NCBI GenBank assembly: GCA_963701845.1
Contig: CAVPBF010000004.1
Location: 1,233,933-1,297,932, forward strand
Direction: 5' to 3'
DNA: 64,000 nucleotides
Source: an uncultured delta proteobacterium
Lineage (GTDB): Bacteria > Desulfobacterota > Desulfobaccia > Desulfobaccales > 0-14-0-80-60-11
Both the position numbers and the translations under genes were made by a program. This document shows positions 56,128-64,000 of the stretch, in pieces. Numbering within the stretch: position 1 is the stretch's first letter; every line of letters begins with the position of its first letter. The notes below the pieces were generated by a model. It did no database searches. It saw only the letters and a program-made list of their open reading frames with translations, and was not told the DNA's origin.

Positions 56128-57234
56128 GTGAAATCCAGGATAACACCGCGAACCGCTCAGATCGGCCTGACTATGATCTTGCTGCTGCTGGGGTCTGCCC
56201 TCGGTCGGCCCGCTCCGGCCGCGGCCGCGGACCCGCCGCCGGAGAAGGTCATCACCATCGCCGCGGTGGGTGATATCATGATGGGCAGCGATTTTCCCTG
56301 CCAGGCGGACCTGCCGCCCCGGGACGGCCGGGAGTTGTTCCAGCCGGTCAAGGAGATCCTGAGCCGGGCGGATATCAGCTTCGGCAACCTGGAGGGGGTG
56401 TTGGGCGATGGGGGTGAGACCACCAAGGACGTAGACACCGGCAATGTCTTTGTCTTCCGCACCCCCACCCGCTTTGCCGTCAATCTCCAGGAGGCCGGGC
56501 TCAAGGTGGTCTCGCTCGCCAATAACCACGCCCTGGATTTCGGCCGGGCCGGCCTGGCCTCCACGGAACGGGCCCTGGACCAGGTGGGGGTCAAACATGC
56601 CGGCCAGGAAGGGGAAGTGGCCGAATTCGAGGTGGAGGGGGTGAAGATTGCCCTGATCGCCCTGACCTTCGGTCCCGGCCCCCGGTCCATCAACCGGCCC
56701 CGGGCGGCCCTGGCGGAGATCGCCGCCCTGGCCAAAAAATACCAGCTCCTGCTGGTTTCCATCCACGTCGGCGCCGAGGGCCGCGGCGCCCAGCACGTGG
56801 CCGATGCCACGGAATGGTTCCTGGACGAGGACCGGGGCAACTCGGTTAAATTCGCCCACGACGCCATCGACCGGGGCGCCGCCCTGATCCTGTGTCATGG
56901 GCCCCATGTCGCCCGGGCCCTGGAAGTCTATGAAGGCCGGCTGATTGCCTACAGTCTGGGGAATTTTTGCACCTACAAAGGCATGAACCTCACCGGGGAG
57001 TTGGGCTACGCCCCCATCCTCCGGGTGGAGCTGAACGGCCGGGGGGAATTTCTCCGGGGCCGGATTTATTCCTATCTCCAGGAGCGGCCGGGGGGACCCA
57101 AGCCGGATGAGCAGGCCCGGGCTTATAAAAGCATCAAGGACCTGTCCCTGGAGGACTTTCCCGAGTCCTGCCCGCTCTTTCCCGGCGCCGGGGTCATCCT
57201 GCCCCTGGCCTGCCAGGAGGAATCCACACCTTAG
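56128..57234 (+). CDS. CapA-family (PGA_cap, metallophosphatase-fold) exported protein
   Basis: Signal peptide, then ...ITIAAVGDIMMGSDFP...SLANNHALDFG...VSIHVGAEG...CHGPHV. Confidence 0.75.
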   Translation: MKSRITPRTAQIGLTMILLLLGSALGRPAPAAAADPPPEKVITIAAVGDIMMGSDFPCQADLPPRDGRELFQPVKEILSRADISFGNLEGVLGDGGETTKDVDTGNVFVFRTPTRFAVNLQEAGLKVVSLANNHALDFGRAGLASTERALDQVGVKHAGQEGEVAEFEVEGVKIALIALTFGPGPRSINRPRAALAEIAALAKKYQLLLVSIHVGAEGRGAQHVADATEWFLDEDRGNSVKFAHDAIDRGAALILCHGPHVARALEVYEGRLIAYSLGNFCTYKGMNLTGELGYAPILRVELNGRGEFLRGRIYSYLQERPGGPKPDEQARAYKSIKDLSLEDFPESCPLFPGAGVILPLACQEESTP

Positions 57235-57237
57235 ATT

Positions 57238-58008
57238 ATGATGAACGACCAGCCCCCAGCCAAAATCCGGGTGGAGCGCCTCTCCTGCTTTTACGGCGAT
57301 TTCCGGGCCATCGACGACCTGTCGCTGGAGGTCCGCCCGCACGAGGTCTTCGGCCTCATGGGGCCGGCCAAGAGCGGCAAGTCCACCTTGCTGCGGGTCC
57401 TGAACCGCATGTGCGACCTAATCAACGGCGCCCGGGTGGCGGGGGGCGCCTGGCTGGACGACGAAGATATCCTGGCCCCGGACTGCGACCTGGTGCGGCT
57501 GCGCCGCCGGGTGGGCCTGGTGCTGAGCAAGCCGGTGCCCCTGCCCCGCTCCATCTTCGAAAACCTGACCCTGGCCCCGCGGCTGGCGGGCAATAGAGAC
57601 CGACATGAGCTCGCCGAGCTGGCCGAATCCAGCCTGCAGGCGGCCCAGTTGTGGGACGAAGTCAAGGACCGGCTTCAGGATTCCGCCCTGAAGCTCTCCG
57701 GCGGCCAGCAGCAACGCCTGTGCCTGGCCCGGACCCTGGCCATGCAGCCCGAAGTCATCCTGCTGGACGAGCCCACCAGCGGCCTGGACCCCATTTCCAC
57801 CGCCAGGATTGAAGAGACCTTGTCTCAACTGAAAAAGAGTTATACTATCATCCTGGTGAGCAACAACACCAAGCAGATCGCCCGGGCCACCGACCGCACC
57901 GCCTTTCTGCTGATGGGCAGTCTGGTCGAGGTGGGCGGCACCCAGCAGGTCTTTACCATCCCTAAAGATAAACGCACTGATGACTATATCTCCGGCCGCT
58001 TCGGCTAG
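57238..58008 (+). CDS. PstB-like ABC ATPase, catalytically degenerate paralog
   Basis: Walker [10 protein letters not shown]. The Q-loop Gln is replaced ([10 protein letters not shown]). The signature LSGGQQQRL and Walker [12 protein letters not shown] are intact. The H-loop His is replaced (ILVSNNTKQ). Confidence 0.8.
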   Translation: MMNDQPPAKIRVERLSCFYGDFRAIDDLSLEVRPHEVFGLMGPAKSGKSTLLRVLNRMCDLINGARVAGGAWLDDEDILAPDCDLVRLRRRVGLVLSKPVPLPRSIFENLTLAPRLAGNRDRHELAELAESSLQAAQLWDEVKDRLQDSALKLSGGQQQRLCLARTLAMQPEVILLDEPTSGLDPISTARIEETLSQLKKSYTIILVSNNTKQIARATDRTAFLLMGSLVEVGGTQQVFTIPKDKRTDDYISGRFG

Positions 58009-58780
58009 CCCCCTCCAGTGCCCCCTCGCCGGGCTCATCACCCTCCGGCGCCTGCAGCTGTTTTACGGCGACTTCCAGGCCTTAAAGGACGTCAACGCCT
58101 GCTTCCAAGCCCGGACCATCACCGCCTTGATCGGCCCCTCGGGCTGCGGCAAATCCACCCTGCTCCGCACCCTGAACCGCATGAACGACCTGATCGACGG
58201 GGTCAGGATCGAAGGCGAGGTGAAGATCGACGGCCAGGACATCTTCGCCCCCGGCGTCGACCTCACCCAACTGCGCAAAAAGGTGGGCATGGTCTTCCAG
58301 CGCCCCAACCCCTTTCCGCTGTCGATTTACGACAACGTGCTCTACGGGCCCCGGCTCCACGGCCGGCCCCGGAAAGCGGAACTGGACGCCATCCTGGAGC
58401 GCTCCCTGAACGCGGTGCAGATGTGGGAGGAAGTCAAGGACCGGCTCAAGGCCTCGGCGCTCTCCCTCACCGAGGAGCAGCAGCAGCGCCTCTGCATCGC
58501 CCGCCTCTTGGCGGTGGAGCCGGAGATCCTCTTGATGGACGAGCCCTGCTCGGCCCTGGACCCCCTGGCCACCCTGCGCATCGAAGAGCTGATGCAGGAG
58601 CTCAAAAAAGACTACACCATCATCATCGTCACCCACAATATGCAGCAGGCGGCGCGGGCCTCGGACGACTCGGGCTTCATGCTCCTGGGCGAGCTCATCG
58701 AGTTCGGCCCCACCGACCAACTATTCACCCGCCCCAAGGACATCAGGACGGAGGATTATATTACCGGGAAGTATGGGTGA
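57980..58780 (+). CDS. pstB: Phosphate import ATP-binding protein PstB with degenerate ABC signature
   Basis: Walker [11 protein letters not shown]-loop [12 protein letters not shown], Walker [12 protein letters not shown] and H-loop [10 protein letters not shown] are all canonical. The signature reads [11 protein letters not shown] instead of LSGGQQQRL. Confidence 0.85.
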   Translation: MTISPAASASPLQCPLAGLITLRRLQLFYGDFQALKDVNACFQARTITALIGPSGCGKSTLLRTLNRMNDLIDGVRIEGEVKIDGQDIFAPGVDLTQLRKKVGMVFQRPNPFPLSIYDNVLYGPRLHGRPRKAELDAILERSLNAVQMWEEVKDRLKASALSLTEEQQQRLCIARLLAVEPEILLMDEPCSALDPLATLRIEELMQELKKDYTIIIVTHNMQQAARASDDSGFMLLGELIEFGPTDQLFTRPKDIRTEDYITGKYG

Positions 58781-58858
58781 GTAATCAGTCTAAGTTGCTA
58801 TTTAACTTGCGATTTTCTGCATTCTTGGCATAATGATCGTGGGAGGAGGAGCGCTTAT

Positions 58859-59026
58859 ATGAAGAAGTCCTTCACCATTGTGATCGAAAGAGATCCCGAG
58901 AGTAGCTGGCTGGTGGGTGAAGTGGTGGAACTACCGGGGTGTTATACCCAGGCTCCGGATTTTCCGACCCTGGAGGCCAACATGCGGGAGGCCATTGTCG
59001 CTTATTCCAAAGCTGTTGACGTTTGA
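58859..59026 (+). CDS. HicB-like (UPF0150) antitoxin-family small protein
   Basis: ATG is preceded by gggaggagga. MKKSFTIVIERDPESSWLVGEVVELPGCYTQAPDFPTLEANMREAI is typical of a HicB N-terminal domain. 55 aa, below the track cutoff. Confidence 0.55.
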   Translation: MKKSFTIVIERDPESSWLVGEVVELPGCYTQAPDFPTLEANMREAIVAYSKAVDV

Positions 59027-59052
59027 ATTAAGGTCTGGTGACACAGGCCCCG

Positions 59053-59203
59053 GCGCAGGCTAAAGCCTGCGGCTACAAATGCATCGCCATTTCGGACCAA
59101 AGGCAGGGCTATTGGCCTTGCCTTTTTCTTTTTACAATTCATGGGATTGGGGGAGAGGGTTTGGGGGAGGGGGAAAGGGCCTTCGGCCCTTTCCCCCTCC
59201 CCC
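59053..59203. repeat. REP-like elements (two classes)
   Basis: gcgcaggctaaagcctgcggctaca (59053-77) and gggggagagggtttgggggagggggaaagggccttcggccctttccccctccccc (59149-203). Confidence 0.8.
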
Positions 59204-59216
59204 AATATCTTTTTCC

Positions 59217-60095
59217 TTATTTCCCGCTCAGGTGCTCCATGACCCGCATGATGGCGGAGATGTCCTCGTCGCCCCAGCCCTGGGCCACGCCCAGGCGGTA
59301 GAGGTGGAGCAGCGTCAACCCGGCGGGCACCGGGGCGCCCAGCTCATAGGCCGTATCCAGGACGAACTTGGCGTCTTTGGCCAGGTGTTTCAGGGGAAAG
59401 GCCGCCGGATAGTTCTTGGCCTTAAAATTCGCGGCCTTGACCTGGAACATCGGGGCGTTCATGGCGCCGGAGGCGACCACGTCCAGCATGGCCTCCAGGT
59501 CGAGGCCGCCCAGCCGCCCGAAGTTGAGGGACTCGGCGAAGCCTTCCATCATCAAGCCCAGCAGCAGGTTGATGAACATCTTCATCATCGAGCCCTGGCC
59601 GGTCTTGCCGCAGTAAACCACCTTCTTGCCCATGGTCAGGAACAGGGGCTCCAGCTCCTGGACCCGCTGCCGGTTGCCGCCGGCCAGGATGACGAGTTGG
59701 GCGTCCTCGGCGGGCTTCTTGGTGCCCGAGACCGGGGCGTCCACGAACCGGATGGCGGTCGGGGCGAGTTCTTTCCCCAATTCCAGGGTGAAGCTGGGCG
59801 CCACCGAACTCATGTTGATGAACACCTGCTCCGGGCCGAAGGCCGCGGCCGCGCCCTCCGGGCCGAAGAGCAGTTCGTAAATGGCCTCGGGCCCGGTGAC
59901 CATGACGATGATGATCGCCGCGTCCTCGGCCAGGGCCCTGGGGGTGGCGGCCACCCGGGCCCCCAGTCTGGCTAAAGGTTCGGTCTTGTCAGGGGTGCGA
60001 TTATAGACCATTAAGGGGTAGCCGGCCTTGAGGATATTGGCGGCCATGGCGGAGCCCATGATGCCCAGTCCCATAAATCCCACTTTTGGTTTCAT
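59217..60095 (-). CDS. NAD(P)-dependent beta-hydroxyacid dehydrogenase family oxidoreductase (3-hydroxyisobutyrate/tartronate semialdehyde reductase-like)
   Basis: MKPKVGFMGLGIMGSAMAANI...MVYNRT...DAPVSG... Confidence 0.8.
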   Translation of the reverse strand: MKPKVGFMGLGIMGSAMAANILKAGYPLMVYNRTPDKTEPLARLGARVAATPRALAEDAAIIIVMVTGPEAIYELLFGPEGAAAAFGPEQVFINMSSVAPSFTLELGKELAPTAIRFVDAPVSGTKKPAEDAQLVILAGGNRQRVQELEPLFLTMGKKVVYCGKTGQGSMMKMFINLLLGLMMEGFAESLNFGRLGGLDLEAMLDVVASGAMNAPMFQVKAANFKAKNYPAAFPLKHLAKDAKFVLDTAYELGAPVPAGLTLLHLYRLGVAQGWGDEDISAIMRVMEHLSGK

Positions 60096-60255
60096 TCTTC
60101 CTCTCTTTCCGGACCGGCAAAATCCCGGCCCGCTGGCTTTCTTTCGATAAGCATAATAACTATAGGAGGAATTGACCAGAAATGGTTCAAATATTTTTCG
60201 GCAAAATGGATTTCGGGGGTAGGAATGAACAGGGGCGGGATTAAAACCCGCCCCT

Positions 60256-60286
60256 GCTGATCACTGACCACTGATCACTGACAACT
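60256..60286 (-). repeat. Heptad tandem array
   Basis: gctgatc actgacc actgatc actgaca act on the plus strand. On the gene strand it starts 3 nt after the nrfD-like stop. Confidence 0.85.
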
Positions 60287-60289
60287 AGC

Positions 60290-61435
60290 CTAATGCGCCT
60301 CCCCACTAAGCTCCGATTTGTAGATGGGCAGGTATTTCCGGCCCAGGTCGAAGATGACGATGCCCAGGGCCAACAGGGACAGGGTGATGATGATCTCGAT
60401 GAAGGACGGGAAGTAGCTGAATTGCCGGTAGCCCCCGTAGCTGGTGAGGCTGACGTTGAAGCGGTTCAGCACCACCCCGAAGGCTGAGAGGCCCGCGGCC
60501 CAGAAGAGTCCCTTTTCGCTGGTTCGCACCTCCTTGAAGGTCAGGAGCAGAGCCGGCAGGGCCACGGTGCCGAAGAACTCGACGAAAAAGAAGAAATGGG
60601 GCTTATCCAGGACCCAGACCGTGGCCCCCCGGGCGTAGAGGTCCGTCACCTTCATGGCGAAGTAGACCAGCAGGACGAGGCCCAGCCCTTTGCTGAAATC
60701 CGGCAGGATATCCATTTCCGGCTTCCGTTTGTAGACCCGGGCGCTGATCAGGCTCTCCAGGGTCACTACACTCATGCCGCCGATGATCGCACTGACGAAA
60801 AAGAGCGGCCCGATGGCTCCGCTGGCCCAGAGGTCGCTCATCTTCTCGGGCAACAGCAGGAACAGGGCTCCCAGGGAGGACTGGTGCAGGGTGGAGAGCA
60901 TGACCCCGGCCACCACCAGGACCAGGTAGATATCCCGGAAGAACTTGATCCAGCTCTGCTTGCCGTAGCGCTCCAGACCGATAATGAATAGATCGAGAGC
61001 CAGCACCGTGGTGTAGAGCATGACGCACCAGGAGACCTCGAAGAGCACCGAATGGGGGTTCCACATCACCATGGGGTGCCAGATGCGCCAGGGCTGGCCC
61101 AGGTCGAAGAAGAGCCCGACCACGAACATCATGTACCCCAGGAAGGCCGAAAGCTTGGCGGGCCGGAGCAGAGGTTCGAACTTCTTCAGGTTGAAGATAT
61201 AGATGGCCGCGGCCATGGTGAAGCCGCCGCCGGCCAGGGCCACTCCGGCCAGGACGTCGAAACTGATCCACAGACCCCAGGGGTAGCCGTCGCTCAGGTT
61301 GGTGGTGGCGCCCAGACCCAGGAACAGCCGGGCACAGGCCGAGATGAGTCCCAACACCAGGATGACATAGATGATCCCCCAGCCGAGAGTCAGCTTGCCT
61401 TCGCCGGGATACCATTTTTCGATCTTTGCAGCCAT
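60290..61435 (-). CDS. NrfD/PsrC-family integral membrane subunit of a molybdopterin oxidoreductase
   Basis: 381 aa with about 8-10 TM helices. The pattern ...GYPWGLWISFDVLAGVALAGGGF... is typical of NrfD/PsrC. Confidence 0.85.
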   Translation of the reverse strand: MAAKIEKWYPGEGKLTLGWGIIYVILVLGLISACARLFLGLGATTNLSDGYPWGLWISFDVLAGVALAGGGFTMAAAIYIFNLKKFEPLLRPAKLSAFLGYMMFVVGLFFDLGQPWRIWHPMVMWNPHSVLFEVSWCVMLYTTVLALDLFIIGLERYGKQSWIKFFRDIYLVLVVAGVMLSTLHQSSLGALFLLLPEKMSDLWASGAIGPLFFVSAIIGGMSVVTLESLISARVYKRKPEMDILPDFSKGLGLVLLVYFAMKVTDLYARGATVWVLDKPHFFFFVEFFGTVALPALLLTFKEVRTSEKGLFWAAGLSAFGVVLNRFNVSLTSYGGYRQFSYFPSFIEIIITLSLLALGIVIFDLGRKYLPIYKSELSGEAH

Positions 61436-61438
61436 GGC

Positions 61439-62242
61439 TCAATCCTCCTTCCGCTCTTCGGCATGGACCTCGGCCCGGCGCTGGTTGAGATAATGGAGAC
61501 CCACCGCCAGGCCGCCCACGGCCACGGCCACATAGGGGACCTTGGACATCCATTCACGGCCGCGCAGGCCCTGGGGGGTGTCCCCCAGGTCGGTGCGGAA
61601 GCCCGCCTGGGTCAGGCCCAGTTCTTCGAAGGGCGCCGCGGTGAGATAGAGCTTGGAGGTGCCGCCCACGATCTTCTCGCCGTACACCTCGGGATAATAG
61701 CGGTCGGGTTGGGCGCCGAGGCGCCGGTGCGCCTCCTTCAGGAGTTGGTCCCGGTCCCCGAACAGCAGGGTGCCGGTGGGGCAGGTGGTGGTGCAGGCGG
61801 GTTCCAGGCCCATGGCCTGCCGGTCGGCACAGAAGGTGCATTTGCGCACCAGGGGCACCGCCGACTCCCACTGGAACTTGGGAATCTGGAAGGGACAGGC
61901 CATCATGCAGTAGCGGCAGCCGATGCACCTGGCGTCGTCATAGACCACCGGCCCGTCCGGCAGCTTGGTCAGGGCTGCCACCGGGCAGGCGCTGACGCAG
62001 GCGGGGTCCAGGCAATGCATACAGCGGCGGGAGATAAAATGCCAGTCCACCCGGCCATCGGGACGGGCGATCTCCCGGAAGATGATGCGGTTATATTGAT
62101 TGCTGCTCAGGAGTCTCGGGTTGGACCAGGTCTCGCTGAAGGTGGCCTTGCCGCCTTGCAGATCGTTCCAGCTCTTGCATGCCACCTGGCAGGCCCGGCA
62201 GCCGATACACTTGGTGGTATCGATCAAGATGGCTTTGCTCAT
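61439..62242 (-). CDS. 4Fe-4S ferredoxin-type beta subunit (FdnH/HybA-like) with C-terminal TM anchor
   Basis: CIGCRACQVACK, CMHCLDPACVSACP, CIGCRYCMMACP and CTFCADR...CTTTCP clusters. C-terminal helix VPYVAVAVGGLAVGLHYL. Confidence 0.85.
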   Translation of the reverse strand: MSKAILIDTTKCIGCRACQVACKSWNDLQGGKATFSETWSNPRLLSSNQYNRIIFREIARPDGRVDWHFISRRCMHCLDPACVSACPVAALTKLPDGPVVYDDARCIGCRYCMMACPFQIPKFQWESAVPLVRKCTFCADRQAMGLEPACTTTCPTGTLLFGDRDQLLKEAHRRLGAQPDRYYPEVYGEKIVGGTSKLYLTAAPFEELGLTQAGFRTDLGDTPQGLRGREWMSKVPYVAVAVGGLAVGLHYLNQRRAEVHAEERKED

Positions 62243-62267
62243 ATGCGTTCCCCTTTAGGCCTGCAGC

Positions 62268-64000
62268 CTAGACCTTGTCCACGTTTACCAGGAAGGCCTT
62301 GTATTCCGGGATCATGGTGTTGGCGTCCCCCACCTTGGGGGCCAGTTGATTGGCGGCGTAATTCTTGCCGTTCGGCCCGCCGGTGATCAGGCCGGCAAAG
62401 CCGAAGTGCCAGGGCAAGGCCACCATTTCCACGGTGTTCTGGAAGCTGCCGACGCCGCAGCAGAAGGGGGCGATCCGGTGGGTGACATTGGCCCGGGCCA
62501 GGACCTCGCCCCGGATGCTGCTCACCTTGACCCAATCGCCCGCCTTGATGCCCTTGGCCTTGGCCAGGCTGGGGCTCATCTCCACGAACATCTCCGGCAT
62601 CATTTCCGCCTGCCAGGCGAGGTTCCGGGTCATGGCCCCGCCCTGCCAGTGCTCGGTGACCCGGAAGGTGGTGGCGATGATGGGATACCGGGGATCGCAG
62701 ACCTCGGCCAGTTTGGACAACCCCGATTTCCAGATCTTCACCGCCGGGTTGGACTGCTGCGGCGACATGGGGTTGCGGAAGGGGCATTCCAGGGCCTCGT
62801 AGTGCTCCGGGAAGGGCCCGTCCTTGCAGAGTCCCTTGGGTACGAAAAGGCGGCTCTTGCCTTCCGGCAGCATGATGAAGGGGTTCTTGGCCGAGACATC
62901 CGGAGGAATCATGGCCTTGGTGGCCGGGTTGATCCAGCCGAAATCCGGCACGTCGTTATTTTTCCAGGCGTTGGCCACCGGGTCCCAACGCACCAGGGCC
63001 TTGTCCTTGCTCCAGGGCTGACCCTGGGGATCGGCGGAGCAGCGGTTGTAGATGATGCGGCGGTTCACCGGCCAGGCCCAGGACCAGTTGGCGTAAAGTC
63101 CCAAGCCGCTGGGGTCCTTTTTGTCCCGGCGCGCCATCAGGTTATTTTTCTTATCCGGGCCGGGGTAGGAGCCGGAGTAGATCCAGCAGCCGCAGGCGGT
63201 GGAGCCGTCGTCTTTCAAGCCCAGGAAGTTGAGCACCTGCTTCTTGTCCGCCACGGTGTAGCCGTTGACCTCCTTGGCCACCAGGTGGACGTCGGGGTCG
63301 GCGCCGTAATTCCAGTACAGGTTGACGATGGGCTCCGGGCAGACCGCCTTGGGGTCCGACTTATAGAGTTTCTGCAATTCCAGACCCAGGCGGTTGGCGT
63401 ACCAGAGATCGCTCCTGGCGTCGCCGTGGGGCTGCACCGCCTGGTAGCGCCATTGGAGCCAGCGGCCGCTGTTGGAGGCGCTGCCTTCCTTCTCCAGGGA
63501 GTCCGCCACGGGGAAGAGGAAGACCTCGGTTTTGATGTCCTTGGGGTTGGCTCCGGGCCGTTTCCAGAAGACCGAGGTGTCCGTCTCCCAGAGGTCGAAG
63601 GCGGCCAGCCACTCCAGCTTATCCAGGGCCTGGTAGGTCTGGTTGAGGTTGGGAGAGCTCACCGCCGGGTTCATGCCCCAGACCATGATCCCCTTGATGG
63701 TGCCGGCGCCCATGGCCTCAAACAGGGGAATCCAGGAGTAGCCCGCTCCCTGATAGCCCTTGCCGATCTTGGGGAGATAATCGTAGGCAAAGTCGTTCTC
63801 TTTGGTGGCGGCATCGCCCCAAAAAGCCTTCAGGAGGCTGACGAAGAATTTGGGTTTATTGATCCAGAAGCTGGCCTTGGGGGTCTCCTTCTCGACATAG
63901 TCCTTCAAGGCGGGGTGTGCGGCTTCGCTGGGAATGGCCATGTACCCCGGGACGATATTGAACAACAGCGCCATATCCGTGGAGCCCTGGACGTTGTTCT
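62268..64000 (-). CDS. Molybdopterin oxidoreductase catalytic subunit, formate dehydrogenase-N alpha-like (C-terminal about 575 aa; the 5' end lies beyond the window)
   Basis: ...WSWAWPVNRRIIYNRCSAD...TTFRVTEHWQGGAMTRN...MPEMFVEMSPSLAKAKGIKAGDWVKVSS...VGDANTMIPEYKAFLVNVDKV closely parallels my recollection of the E. coli FdnG C-terminus. Confidence 0.85.
   Translation of the reverse strand, partial: NNVQGSTDMALLFNIVPGYMAIPSEAAHPALKDYVEKETPKASFWINKPKFFVSLLKAFWGDAATKENDFAYDYLPKIGKGYQGAGYSWIPLFEAMGAGTIKGIMVWGMNPAVSSPNLNQTYQALDKLEWLAAFDLWETDTSVFWKRPGANPKDIKTEVFLFPVADSLEKEGSASNSGRWLQWRYQAVQPHGDARSDLWYANRLGLELQKLYKSDPKAVCPEPIVNLYWNYGADPDVHLVAKEVNGYTVADKKQVLNFLGLKDDGSTACGCWIYSGSYPGPDKKNNLMARRDKKDPSGLGLYANWSWAWPVNRRIIYNRCSADPQGQPWSKDKALVRWDPVANAWKNNDVPDFGWINPATKAMIPPDVSAKNPFIMLPEGKSRLFVPKGLCKDGPFPEHYEALECPFRNPMSPQQSNPAVKIWKSGLSKLAEVCDPRYPIIATTFRVTEHWQGGAMTRNLAWQAEMMPEMFVEMSPSLAKAKGIKAGDWVKVSSIRGEVLARANVTHRIAPFCCGVGSFQNTVEMVALPWHFGFAGLITGGPNGKNYAANQLAPKVGDANTMIPEYKAFLVNVDKV

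Overview
High-GC (about 60-65% by eye) chromosomal segment from an anaerobic bacterium. It looks Desulfobacterota/deltaproteobacterial, based on rny-ymdB, carD, PIN/TRAM, rubrerythrins, a selenoprotein, PEP-CTERM proteins and GEMM-I riboswitches. This taxonomic call is inference only.

The content is mostly housekeeping:
- ftsZ 3' end, two radical SAM enzymes, ihfA-like, carD, rluD, coaE, rho, eno, rnc, fur/feoA and recD2.
- zapB/zapA, rny, ymdB, sucCD, queH, coaX and glmM.
- A Pat-like ADP-forming acyl-CoA synthetase/GNAT fusion.
- A pstSCA-capA-pstB1-pstB2 cluster.
- An FdnGH-like molybdoenzyme with an NrfD-type anchor, cut by the window end.

Visibly AT-rich accessory islets interrupt this backbone at about 0.5-1.8 kb, 11.3-13.05 kb, 25.0-27.9 kb, 31.9-32.5 kb and 41.3-41.75 kb.

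Most notable observations:
1. Four class-I c-di-GMP (GEMM-I) riboswitch-like leaders, each with its own intrinsic terminator, and two of them in tandem. They precede two PEP-CTERM proteins and a PDZ lipoprotein, and an HD-GYP gene lies nearby.
2. A peroxiredoxin whose peroxidatic Cys codon is an in-frame TGA followed by a SECIS-like hairpin (PrxU-type selenoprotein), inside a PerR-rubrerythrin operon.
3. Tandem PstB paralogs whose degenerate motifs all fall in the same composite ATP site.
4. A dispersed family of period-7 tandem repeats that mostly start within a few nt of stop codons.
5. An array of seven pentamers phased at 11 bp.
6. Several classes of GTAG-headed REP-like hairpins, four of which supply the TAG stop codon of the upstream gene.

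Caveat: several dozen single-base frameshifts break essential genes, clustered at 13.0-16.8, 23.9, 35.4-41.0, 42.8 and 54.0-55.8 kb. The shift sites I could localise sit in G/C runs, so I read them as homopolymer indel errors rather than biology. Gene coordinates for those loci span the reconstructed reading frames.

I recognised no tRNA, rRNA, CRISPR array, transposase or integrase.
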